DNA from: Raillietiella orientalis
Taxonomy: Eukaryota
Assembly (NCBI GenBank): GCA_036172245.1
Contig: JAYWIR010000022.1
Coordinates: 1,302,001 to 1,366,000 of the forward strand
Reading direction: 5' to 3'
DNA length: 64,000 nucleotides
Below are positions 24,876 through 39,560 of the stretch, piece by piece (the first letter of the stretch is position 1; every line of letters begins with the position of its first letter). The translations under genes were made by a program, and so were the position numbers. The notes under the pieces are model-generated. The model searched no databases, had not been told where the DNA came from, and saw only the letters and a program-made list of their open reading frames with translations.

Positions 24876-27833
24876 TCATTCAACAGCACTAAGGGATTCC
24901 GGTCCGATTCCAGGACAAACGTCCTTCTTATCTTCTAGGGCAGAGCGATGAGATTGAGTCCTGCGGGCGCAGACTACCAGCAGCAGCTGAACAGCTCCTA
25001 GGGAGAACGCCGAGAAGATTATGAAGACACCGGCCCACCAGAAGGTGCGTTTTCCACCGAAGGTTCCATAGAGGACGCCAGCGACGATGCTGCCAACTCC
25101 GGTTCCTAGATCACCCAAGGGGAAGAGGAGAGTTGAAATCAACTCTGGAAGTACCTGTTAGAAGACGCTCTCACCCAGTGAGCCAAAGATCCCGTTGGCA
25201 ATAAACTGCATAGAAGCCGCTGCCCCTTCTGGGGAGATGTCATGGACATAGGATGTCAAGGAGGCAGCGAAGATCCCGAAGGCCGGTCCGTGGAGTAGCT
25301 CAATCGGAAGCAGCAGCCATGCGTTGTTCAGCCACGAGTAGGCTAAAAAGCGAAACCCCGAAGCCGCCAAGGAGACGAAGAAAGCTGCATGGTGGCCGAT
25401 GAGTCGTATGATGTGACCTAGGAGAGAGAAGGAGAGGAAAAGACAAGATGAATTGTCACCGAAGAGAATAAGACCACTCACCCGCTAGAAAAAAGCAAGG
25501 CATTTCTGCCAGGCACTCGATGGACAGCAGTAGTCCCTGGAGCAGTTTGATATGCGTCTGGTCCCCCCATTCGGAAGTCAGATCTTCTGCGTACCTTGAT
25601 AAAGGGAGTTGGTTGGATAGGAGAGCAGGAGCAGGCGCAGGGCCTCACCAAAACAAGAACTGCCACACGGCCCCCATTCCGGTGCCAGAGACGAAAAAGA
25701 TGATTAACGACGTCAGCACAGAGGGGGAGCGGAAGGTGGAGAGGACGTTGATAGCCAGTTTTTGGCTTTGGGGGAAACGGGGAATCTGCAACACGGAGGC
25801 GGCGCGCGTGCAGCACAGCACGTTGACGTGCTCTCTTTGCTCTCTTCCCTCCCACCCTCATACATGCCTGCCTTCCTCTTCTTTACCTTTATGAAAAAGA
25901 CCCACAGCAGTAGGTCAGCTGCAAGGAAGGCCGTAAGCAGCGAATAGGAAAGTAGATAACTCTTTATGGGGCAGCTGCCGTTGAGAATATCGAGGAGGCT
26001 ACCAGCCACAGGCACCATCACACCCCAACCCAGGGTACCCCACATCCTCTGCTTGCCGAAGTCGGACGGTCGGGCTTTGTGGAGCAAGGGATGGAGAAGA
26101 AGAAGAGGAAAATGAAGAGCATAAGACAGAGTCAGCAACATCCACCGCCCTTAACGTCACTCCCTCTCCCCTTTCTTCTCCCTTCTTACCGACCATATGG
26201 ACGCAAATGGTATCTGCAAGGGTGCTAACTACCGCTTCTGACACATTCCAGAGGCAGAGTATAGCGGCGAAGAGCCAGAAGCGAGACAGCAAGTGGACTG
26301 GAGGATTGGAGGGAGATGAGTCCTTGTCGTAGGGGCAGGTCACTTGGCACTGCAGCACCTTTGAGGAACATGGGAAAAAAGACTCAGGAGCTGGCAGACA
26401 GCACTCCTTGGGGGGGGCATTCAAACTGAGGTCCTCCACGGCCACCCACACGCTGTCTCCAAGTCCTCTGAGCGCTTCCACAAGATACGTGACCTCCTTG
26501 ACCTCCGTCATGTTCTGGCAGCCTGCGCTGCAGGTTGTTCTGGTAGTATTGTCGGGAGGGACCGAAGAGATAGGCAACTCGCACTGCATTTTGCAGAACG
26601 TGGCGGTCTCGCCTAGCAGAGGACAGTCCCTAGGCAGGGAAAAAGACCCGCCTCTGGCCGTGCATTGCAGCTGCACCTTTGCCGTGGGCAGAGGACCCAT
26701 CCTGGAGATGAGCAGGAGGAGGAACGGAAGCACGCCCGTGATGCTGATCGTCACCAGTAAAACCGCCTTGTGCAGCTGGAAGCGATCGATTAGCGGTCCC
26801 AGAAGAACCCTGGTCAGCAGCGCCAAAAAGGGGAAGCAGCCAAAAAGGATCCCTACGGTTACGTCTTGCACCCCCGCTTGTCGGGCAATGAGCGTCTGGA
26901 ACGGGTAAACGGGAGCGATTCCTGGAATAGAGGGAGTGATCTTCTGTCGAGAGATGGTATAGGGGAGTCTTTTCGGTGGCAGAGGAGGATGGTCTTAGCC
27001 TGCCTTCCTCAGAGACGGGAAAGAAAGGAGGAAGGAAAGAAGCGCTCAGGGCGTGTGGAAAGGATTGATTTTGTGACCCTCTCCGAGGTTGCGTGCATCC
27101 TTCGCGCTGCAAGTATCCCCTTCATCCCGCATTCCGCCTCAAGCCCTTTCGTAAGCATTTAGAGAAGAAAGGACGTGTTTTCGTGCCCCGAGACACTTTC
27201 AGATAGCAGCACAGACCGCCACGTACCATGGGGGTGGGAAGCGTGAAAGGAGGTTCCGGGGACAGAGGAGCGGAGGTAGTGCTTTTTCTTCCCTGAAGAC
27301 GGTCTGTTCCTCCTCTCTGCTCCGAAAAACGAACCCAGATTCCGGGTAATCCTTTTATTTTTCGAGACTCCAGATGCAGAATGTGACGTTCCGAACAGCA
27401 GCAGCTAGCAGGATTCTAAAAAAACGCCGCGGATCCCCACGAACGCGTTTTTTTTTCTTTTTTCTTTTGGAAACCTGTCTCGACTTCGCGAAGGGGGCAA
27501 TGAGTACGGTGCGGTGGTGGATGGAGTCGGGGTGGCGGAGAGAAGGAGGAGGAGCGTCTCGCTGGGGCGGATGACGTGCCGGTAGAGGCACGCTGCTGTT
27601 CGGAAACGTATCAGATACCAAAGTGCTGGGAGCGCGCTTCGCTATCGAGAGTCGCCAAGGAATGCTGCGAGAGATAGCGAAATAGCAACAAGGAAGCGAA
27701 GGAAGAGGAGGAAGGAAAGAAAAGCCAATTGGCGTGAAAATCCTTCGCTCTTACCTGCATAAAACACGAGGTAATGCAGTTTCATGGCGATCATGTTCTC
27801 AGGAGCACCGAGGGCCTTCATCACGGCCTTCAT
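24876..27833 (-). CDS. MFSD6-like MFS transporter, paralogue B (GC-rich). Exons 27833-27755, 26921-26190, 26074-25887, 25785-25649, 25594-25482, 25417-25175, 25105-24876
   Basis: MKLHYLVFYAG-IAPVYPFQTLIARQAGV, FGKQRMWGTLGWG, WQFLFWY, AEMPCFFLAG and NNAWLLLPIELLHGPAFGIF. All six introns match paralogue A in position and phase. Confidence 0.92.
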
Positions 27834-30800
27834 CCCGGTGAGCTGCTACTTCGGGTCTCGGTTTTCGCGTCTCTGGGAGCCTTCCGAACTCCGATACCTA
27901 TGATGAGTGCGCTCACTAATCTGAGATCCTTCAAGGTCGACCCAACACCACGACATCCTTTCCTCTTGTCTCTCTCACCCGCATTTCCGGGCATATCTTT
28001 CCTCTATTGTGAGATTCTTGGAGCTCTCTGAGAGCTTATATCTGAGAATTTCTCACATGCATTTCTCGCTTCTACCCTTTGCGTTCCCCGCGATGCCACC
28101 AGCAATTGGATCTTCTAGAAACGGTGAACAGGCTAACCATCCCGATCTGCATCCTAGACTCAATTTTCGGGTGCGAGCAGTCGAAAGATTTTTTTTCTGG
28201 ACTCTGGCGTCTTTGAGCAGCCTAGTAGGTGCTCTTCGACCCGACTAAAGAATAACAGAAACGCGAAGAGAGCTGGAAGTAGGGAGACCAATTGTGAGAA
28301 TTTTGGTTCCAATCAGAAGACCTGTGGAGAGGGAAAAGAAGTAGGAAAAATTCTGTGCGCTCCAGCAGCAAGAGAATTCCTATCCCGAGACAAGGAATCG
28401 AGAAGGGAAATGCCTTTATTGCAAAGAAAGACGCCATCCGTAGACCATGCCTGCATGTTTTTTCCCGAAATCTTACAAAATTTCTCGGATGATCAAGAGT
28501 TCATGGAGAGTTCAGATTGCGAGAGGTCAATAGCTTGTACTTGAGGGAGGAAGAACAGTGAACGATTTCAGGGACGCCAGTTTTGGACCATTCCCTAAAG
28601 AGTGGAACTTCCATATTCCCACTGCATTCAACCACTCCGTTCCAGATAGCAGATTGTTAATGTCCTGTGATGGTCCCTCCGACCAGGACTTGGACTACTG
28701 CCTAAGAACATATATTTTCTCGTCTCCTAGAACAAGCACCCAAGAAAGCACTGACTTTGGGAAATGTTGTTCAACAAGTGGGGACAGAGGGAAGGAAGAT
28801 GGAGACCATGGAAACGGATCTTTTCCATTGCGGCCCTTCAAGGTATCTTATTCAGGGATTCCCAAGTTTACTGGAGACAGCATTTCACTCTGCCTAGAAG
28901 TATAGTTTTATACAAACAATAGCTTGAAAATGGAGAAGAAAAAGTTTCCTCTTTTACCATCATTTGCAGATTCTTCCTGAAGCCTTTTCTAGGGTGGCTT
29001 TATTTTCCCAGGGATATTTCGGATACCAAAACCTAAAGATATAAGAGATAGAGATAAAAATAAACGCTTGCAGAATACAAAATCCTCTTTGGAATTCAGC
29101 TGCAGAAGCACAGAATAACTACTAATCTACAAGATGAGCAGTCTTTTAGAATCAGGATGCACAGCTGACACTATCGATATGAAAGCTAACCCTCCTGTAA
29201 AAAGTCCGACAACAAGTACTTAGCAGGATAATGAACAGGAATGTGTTATATTCTACGACTAACTAAAATCCAGAGATTTTATTTCCTGTTTATGCTGCTC
29301 TATGAGTCAATGCTACTTTTGCCATTGCGAATGCCTTTTCAAGAGGTGACCAGGGGTGACCAGAGTGCAAGTCTTTAAAAGCGCGACTTGATAGCCACTG
29401 ATAAAGGCTCTCATCAGAACAGACATCATTAGTTGCCTCTCTCGATTCATTTGGATGTTCTAACGTCCTGATGAAACCATGCTTATCATTTTGCATCATG
29501 GTCTATGCCACCATGATGAAAACATTATGTGAATGTTGATAAATCGAACGGAAGAATGACTTCACGAGCACATGCTCCCTATTCGACATAAAGGGGAATT
29601 CTCGATCTCAAGATACAAGCAACAACAAAGTACGACGATATACAAATGTAAGCAGATTGATTTTCTATGCAGACAAAAAGTAACCGAAACTGCCTAACTA
29701 CTCTGTAGTGTTTTTTTTTTAGATTGTATGCCATGATGAATCACACGATGGATGTGTGTTGTTTTATGAGTTCTAAAGTTGTTTTGCATAGTGTCTGAAT
29801 TCATGACTTTTCCCGCATGCTAAAATATACTTAGTTCTCGTAAACGGAATGATGATTCACGATCCATTAAGTAGACTGGATTGTATTCATCACTGCTACT
29901 GGTGGAACATTAGATAGATAGATAGCTTCCTCCATGTTCAAGATTAGGTTCACTACGATAGAAAATTGAAAACGACTTCATTCAAATTTTAGAAATTTAA
30001 GCTGAAATGAAATTCCACAAAGACAGTTAAGGACGAAACGTCAAACCATTTCCTACGCTTCCACAAATCCACCATCCTGCTTCATTCTCTAAGAAGCACA
30101 AAAATCTTTTCTACTCCCACTTATGCTTTTATGAATCTAGGCTCTGAGAAGAACCACCAATATCAATTTCCAGATAGTATAGAAATTTTGACTACATTCC
30201 TAAAATTCTCATAGGAATTCCTGAATTCTCGAAATTCCATTGAAGTTCTTGAATTCTCATGGTACTGATGAGAAAGAATAAAAAAATCACACTAATAAAG
30301 GTATGGGAGAGATGCCTGGTCAATGAGTTTTCAAGATGAGGGAAACAAGAGAAGCACTGTCGAAAGCAGCAACAGTTTTGGTCTTCGGTTGTGATTGAAT
30401 TCACTTTCAGTAAACGAATTGAACAGTTTTCGATATTTATCTAATTATTATCTAAGGTCAGTAAATATTGATAATTTGATATCGACTTGGTAGAAGGTAC
30501 TGGCTGTTCTTATAGATCCGCGAAGTCAGGATATCAGTGTTAAAACAGCACATCTGGAAACAGAAGAAACTGACTTCTGATAAGTCACATAACTTATAAG
30601 GGAAGGCAATCTCTCAAAGATTGGTTTGCATGCCTTTATCCGCGTATCCGATATCAGATGTTCCCATGAGGATATCTGAAAACATAGCCTTCCTTTAAAC
30701 TCCGTGAAATGCCTTCATTTTAATCAGACTTCATTTTTCGGACTCTTAAACCGTTTGTCAAAATTCCATTTTTGTCAGTTTACAAAACTTGAGCATTTCT

Positions 30801-32479
30801 CATTGCTTGCGTTAGCAAATTATACAGTTCGGTTATATTTGTCAAACTATTTGTCACACTATTACACAGATTTTCTCTTATTCCATTTTGAAATGCAATG
30901 ATATTTTATCATTCCGCTCAAGTAATTATCAGTCAGAGTAATTTGTGGTCGTAAGGTGTATTCAAAAGTATGCTTTCTACATTTTCGTTTTTCACTGCTG
31001 CTTGCGTTGTATTCGAAATTTCCAGCAACTTTATTGATTTCCTTTTGAAAGCATTGCAAGCATTTCCTTCCATGATTAATCATAAAAAAAGACTAGTTCA
31101 TTTCATGAGCATATGGCTGATAGGACACAAAAATGTTTATGAACTTCTGGAACGAACACATCCATGGGAAGTAGTCTGAACAGCATTCTTCGTTATGGAA
31201 ATCTAAAAACTTTATCAACCAAACTATTCAATCAGCAATTTAATTGAGGAAGTTCTTTATAGGTGCATTAGAACGATTCAATTACATATATAAAAAAATC
31301 ATTGCTCCGCAGTCTGGTCTACTTAACGATTTCAATAGTCAGTGCATATTAACAATATGCTGAACCACAACACAGAAAATTCCAAATGTCTGATAAATTA
31401 CTAGCAAACTCTCGAATTTCGAATTTTAAAAGTATTTTATCCTCAAGCAAAAAGCCGTCTGGGAACATCAAATCATGTTAGGACGATTCGTCGAAATGTG
31501 AAAAACCTCTTTCTGGACAACGAAAACGAGAAAATTTTGCAAAGGAATCTTCCGACAGTTTTCACGTTCTGCGCTGTAGGGCGATGTTTTCGAGCTTGTC
31601 GCCATAAAAGTTTTGACATGAAACTCATTTTCCCCTTGTCGTTACTGCCAAGATGCACTCATTTTAAAATAGAATCTAAGAAAATACTTTTAAACCTTGT
31701 CATATGAAGTTGGTTTGCAACACACGTTTTCTTTACTTTGTGCAATCTCAGCATGTACCTTGGCAGTAATCAGCTGCCAAAGGCCAAGTTTGCCAAAATC
31801 AACTCATCAAATTAATTAATGTATCTATGAACCATGATCTCAAAACAATAGTATAAATTTCGTAATAATGTAATTCCTAATAATATGAGTCATGTGACAA
31901 CAACTTTTGTCGTAACATAACTTCCGTAAGTTCAAAAAGAATATATCCCAGAATCCTGTATTCAGAGATATGGAAAACAGTCTTCCATTTGTTTAACATT
32001 TACATTCTTTCAAACTCAGAAAAGTTCCGAGTTCTCAAGAAATTTGAATATTGCATTTGCAGCCTACCAGTTTCAAACTGAGTTTTTGGAACATGGACTC
32101 TTCACCACCTTTAACGAACCATGAAGGGAAAGACGTTTCAGTACGTAGCAGAAAAGCATGATGATGCGAATGCATGTCCTTATGGACCAACAAATGAGCC
32201 TCACCTGATACTAACCATGCTGTTGTTCTTCAAGGACTGTCTTGTTGTTTATATTTGCAGAGTGGGTCAAGTTTTTTCAGTATCTAGTAATCTTGCTAAT
32301 TCAGTTTCTCCATCTCCACCGTTTCAAAGTCGTGAAATCCCCAGCACCTATCTTAGATAAGCCCCAATGGATTTTAAAATAATCGAAAGAAGTATAATCA
32401 GCATAAGGCATTTTCATTGGATGCAAATTGTCACTTTCCAGGCTCATTATTTTGTTGTAAAATTAACGGCCTAAGTAGA

Positions 32480-33060
32480 AAATGTGCCGCTTCCACGTTA
32501 TCTTGATGTTCTTACGTGTACGGCTTTCGAATCCATTTTTCAACCTCTTCCATTTCATTTTTCCTACTATCGAATTTGTGAACCCATAGCCAGAAAACCA
32601 GGTGGTCGCTCTTAAGGGTGCCACCGGAGGTCATTCGAAGATTTTCGAGGAAAATGACACAAACGGCGTCGTCGTTGTCGTCGCAGATGTCCCATGGTCT
32701 CCTTTTCCCAGACCCTCTGCCGCAGACACGGAGGGTCCTCCGAAAATTGCGAAGTACTCATTGTGAATCACCGGAGGAACGCCAGGATGCCACAGGATTT
32801 TTTTTTGTCGAAAATTTCGAATCTGATCAAAAGGACAAGAGCAGAAAGTGAACTTAAACGTATTCACTTCGGGTGAGCTGTGCGTTGAACATACTCAAGC
32901 ATGTGATTTTAAGATTTCTAACGTTTTCAAAGAAATTCAAGGTTCCTTCTCGTGATTGAGATGTTTGTCGTAAATACGAATAACTATTTGGAAATCATCC
33001 AGAGATTACTGTGCGAAAAGTGAATCCGGACTTACTGTTACGTGAAATGCAGTATTATAT
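32480..33060 (+). promoter_or_regulatory. CpG-rich putative promoter and non-coding first exon of fem-1 (candidate donor GG|GTGAG at ~32874)
   Basis: CpG cluster directly upstream of a CpG-poor gene body, with a consensus splice donor about 200 nt before the ATG. Confidence 0.5.
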
Positions 33061-33078
33061 GGTTACTCTTTGACTGTC

Positions 33079-35661
<2,583 letters not shown>

Positions 35662-35701
35662 ATAGTTAGCAAACTGCTAGTGTTGCTGTCATGGTGCTGT
35701 T

Positions 35702-35707
35702 AATAAA
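35702..35707 (+). terminator. AATAAA polyadenylation signal of fem-1 (putative)
   Basis: Canonical hexamer 40 nt after the stop codon. Confidence 0.6.
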
Positions 35708-35852
35708 CTTGTAGTGCTAAGGTGTACAAGTGGAGGGTGCATGCAAATTGTATAAGGGTGGCAACAGTAGTCAGTGTTGGTCTTGTCAGAATAGTTTTTC
35801 CGTTTTAGAAGTGAAAAAATGCTTTTGAGTTTGTAATCCTAACTGGTGGCTA

Positions 35853-36994
35853 ATGATGGAGCAATTATGTGCGCAATTAAATGATGCAGGAGTAAATGAT
35901 ATGAAAATTCGCCATCGCCTTCAACAATATAAAGCCAAATGCAGTCTTTCCAAACAGCAGACTAGGCGCTGCTCTATTCTTGCTATTCAAAAAAAGTAAG
36001 AGGGTCATGGGAATTATTATGAATCACAAATTTGAAAATATTTAGTAATCGGCAGGCTACAGTAGATTTGCTTCGACACCTTGAATGTTTGGATGAAGAT
36101 GAGCAACAACCGATGGATGTTACTACCATAGTTTGTACCACAGTTTGCATTTTGTCTTAGTTTCAAATTTTGCAGCGTCATAATCCATTTAAGAACCTGT
36201 TGATGCTTTCTGAATGGATGATAGATGTACCTCCAAATTTTTCAACTGATTGGCAAATGGTTCTCTGCCCATCAGGAAAAAGGTGCTTGATTGTGGCCTC
36301 AAAGGTTGGTACTGTGGAGTTTCAGCAATTTTGTTGATGTTGATCATTAGGGAGCAACTCGTGCATATAACAGAAAAGGTTTTCATTTGCAAACATTTGC
36401 TTCCCATCTGCCTGGAGGCAGCAGGCGTCAGAAAAAACGCCAAGTGGTTACCATGTTGGACTGTATAAGGGATGTAAAATCTAACACGTATTTCATATTG
36501 GATGTCTTGTTCTGGGCTAACATCTGTTTTTTGGATGGTGAAGTATGTTAAAGAATACTTAGATTCTTGATGATTTTTTTTGCTAGAGAAATCTTCGATT
36601 TTTCTGGATCCAGTCCAAGATACTGGAATATCCTGAACTGGAACAATGTAATTCCATACAAAGTTGCCATTTTAAGTTAGTTCCTGCTTTTTCTTGTGAT
36701 CCACATTCTATACAGACTGCATTAGAAAATGATTTACCTTTTGGTGTGCCATTGGATGGAATACTTTTTTATCACATTGCTGCCCACTATTATCATGGCT
36801 TGACTCCTTTAGTGGGTTGGCTCAAAGCATATATGATACCAGAAATTCTTGGTGTGGATATTCCTTCCAAATATATTCAAGCACGCCCAGCAAAATATGT
36901 CTCCTTAAAGCAATATTTGGAACATGTGTCAGCTATTAGATCAAATCAGGAACATCATGACACCCAGGAGGATAAAATGCAAATTGCTTCTTAA
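35853..36994 (+). CDS. SNUPN: Snurportin-1 (m3G-cap snRNP import adaptor). Exons ~35853-35995, 36046-36130, 36176-36303, 36351-36542, 36587-36994
   Basis: MEQLCAQL...HRLQQYKAK...QQTRR (IBB-like; cf. MEELSQAL..PRLSQYKSK), LMLSEWMIDVP..W..VLCPSGKRCLIVASKG, LPGG, YFILDVLFW, and DGILFYH..HYYHGLTPLVGWLKAYMIPEILGV. Confidence 0.95.
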
Positions 36995-38299
36995 ATCCTC
37001 AAGAACATGAGTTAAACATAATTTAAAACACTCATTTAGCTTCATGGTGAGCTTTTATCTAAGATCAAGGATTAAGTTACTGGCAGAAATACTACATTTG
37101 TTTAAGTTGCTTAACAGTAAGCAGTTTTTAAAAGCTGCATTAAATTGTGTGCATGCAGGCAATAAAAATAACAAGTGATCAATGTACTTCATGTATGCTC
37201 AGTTGTAAACAGACATTTGGCTGGTAACCTTTAAACATGTTTTTTGGCTTCAGATTTCCTTCAAAATGTGTGATATCAGCCTATGAATACATGTGTTGTG
37301 ACTGCAATTTCAGTCTCTTGTTAGATGCCATATAAACATTTTGAGAGAGAAATTCATTACAGGTCTGGAATATATGTAGTGAAACTTGCCATTCTACATT
37401 TCATAGTTCAGTGTTGGAATCAAGCATTGTTAAGGTTTTCGTTAGCATTTCAAGTTGTAAGTCATATCATATACTTCACAAAGCAAAAAGGGTATTAGGT
37501 CAAAGTGCTTTGTGCAGTTGATTGGTTGTAAAGCATTAAAGCAAAGGTTTTCCACAGTGAAGTCATTAAAATAAAAGCATTCGTGAAATTCCGGAGTGCT
37601 TCTACTAAGACAGCTTCCATATGCCTTTGCAAGTTATCACATGAAAGCTTTGGGATTAAATAAGCGACAGCATATGCGATTAGTAAGTACCCATTTTCCT
37701 GGTCTCTGAAAATTCCTTTTTGTAATGCATAGTTGATTATGAATCACAAGCTTTCATGTTCGGATTTTTGTGATGTCGATCTCTTTGAGAATTAAGAATG
37801 TGATTTACGGGTTTTCAGCATGCTTTGTTCATAAATAATTCATAAGTTTCAAAACTGAATTCTCATTCAGTGGCATTCTCATCCATAGTCACTCGTGTTT
37901 TGCATTGTCGGTTTTAATCACTTGTGTTGTATTAACCTACTGAGTTAGCTGATCGCTGTCCTGCCATGTGTGTTTCAAAGTTTCCAAACCAAACAGCAAA
38001 AACTCTAGGGAGGCAGAATACGAGTTGTATTTTTGTTTTGTTTTTAATGACTAGTGCGTAGTTTTGTTTGATTTGTGCATGGTGGTGGTTGGTATTTTTA
38101 GATTGCGTTTTTGCATTCAACGATTATTAGAGCAATGGAGATGTGTATGATGTAGTTATTCCTGTAATCGGTGTAATCAAGAGAAAAAGAACGAAGAAGG
38201 GAAATATTGGAAGGGAAGACTTTTCACACTGGTGTTCAATCAGCGTTTCTTCCTCTGCTCTTTTCGCAAAAAATGAGGCAGTTCTCGGTGGACTAGCGA

Positions 38300-38950
38300 C
38301 TATTAAAGAACACGAAACTTGCCTGCAAACGTCCAGTTTGATGTGTTGTCATTTCCAGATAAAAATACAGGAAGAGATGCATGCAGAAAGAAAGCTCATT
38401 CCGGCCAAAAGCCTTTGCAGAACATGTGACTTCACCTCCATCTCAAGATCTGCTCTCCCGACCGAGGTGCCTGGAATTCATCACCATTCGTCACCTACTC
38501 GTGAACTTGCTGTTCTTACGGTTTTACCCAACCCCCTTGGGGATCTCCAGACGTATAATTCGAAAAATCATTTTTGTAGCTACCTGATGGATTAAATTTT
38601 GGTTAGCATCTCGTTCATTCTCTCAGTCTTCAAAAGGATCGCGCGTGTTGGTGTGAAATACGAAGCCTTGTCTGTAGATCTTGCTCCATTTTATAAGGCT
38701 CTGTTCTGCGCGAGAAAAATAAGCATCAATAAAACGAATAACAGCAAGCATCACATGCTGCAGTGGTTTATTTATTTAGTATCTTGCAATGTAGCATGCA
38801 TCATAAGTTCTTGTGTCCCAGCTGTAGGATTGGAGGCTCAGTTTCGACTTGTGATTAGATAGACGAAGTTTCTGGTGTGTACACTAATGGTGACAAGTTT
38901 TCGCGGCCAGCCATCCCTAATTCTTGGATTCAAATCGAATTTTCTGCAAA
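38300..38950 (-). mobile_element. Possible decayed non-LTR RT remnant
   Basis: Weak motif order on the minus strand: DGWPRKLVTI, then NPTAGTQE, then AVIRFIDAY. Many stops. Confidence 0.3.
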
Positions 38951-39289
38951 CCTTGGCAGATTTATCGAGGATGGCAGTATGAAATTTGCCACAAAAAATG
39001 TAAAGCGCGATTTAGCTTACTTTAAACGGACACTTCCAATTGGCTAAGTCATGTCTTTGAAGTGTAATGTACAATGAGGTGTATGTAACTGTCATCAATG
39101 CATATTTTTCTTCACTGTTGGAGCTGGTCAGTGTCGATACAGCCGATTTTTCTTTTTTTTAGTTCCCAAAGTTCGGTAAACACACATGCCGGAGATCTTT
39201 TTGCTGACTTGGATGAAGCTCGTCATGGACCCCCATTTGCTGTGTACCAGGAAACTTTGCAGAAAGAGGGAATGGCATCATCTGATTAG

Positions 39290-39560
39290 TGAGAAACGAG
39301 CAGTCTACGTTTCTTAAACATCGTACGATAGCTTAACAGCAGCATTGCCGCATGTCTTGGAAAAGGCTGTGATGCTCGAGTTCTCACTCCAGCAACGAAT
39401 CCAAGCTCAGTTCCATGTGCAGCTGCCCCTGAAACAGATCGTTCATCTGGTTGCGTCTTACGGTCGCGTCTGCAACGAAGGCATTTCAGGTAGCTTTTTG
39501 AGGGTCGAGGACCTGAAGAACCCTTTATTATTGGCCGCATTATAAAGGTTAGGGAAGTAA
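39290..39560 (+). mobile_element. Possible decayed non-LTR RT remnant
   Basis: LPHVLEKAV...QAQF...FLRVEDLKNP resembles LxKVLEKxV...QxGF...FLDLxKAF. Confidence 0.35.

Noticed and set aside
24200..28900. GC-rich block as bacterial horizontal transfer or contamination
   Set aside because: It carries a spliceosomal-intron gene with the same intron positions as the adjacent AT-rich paralogue.
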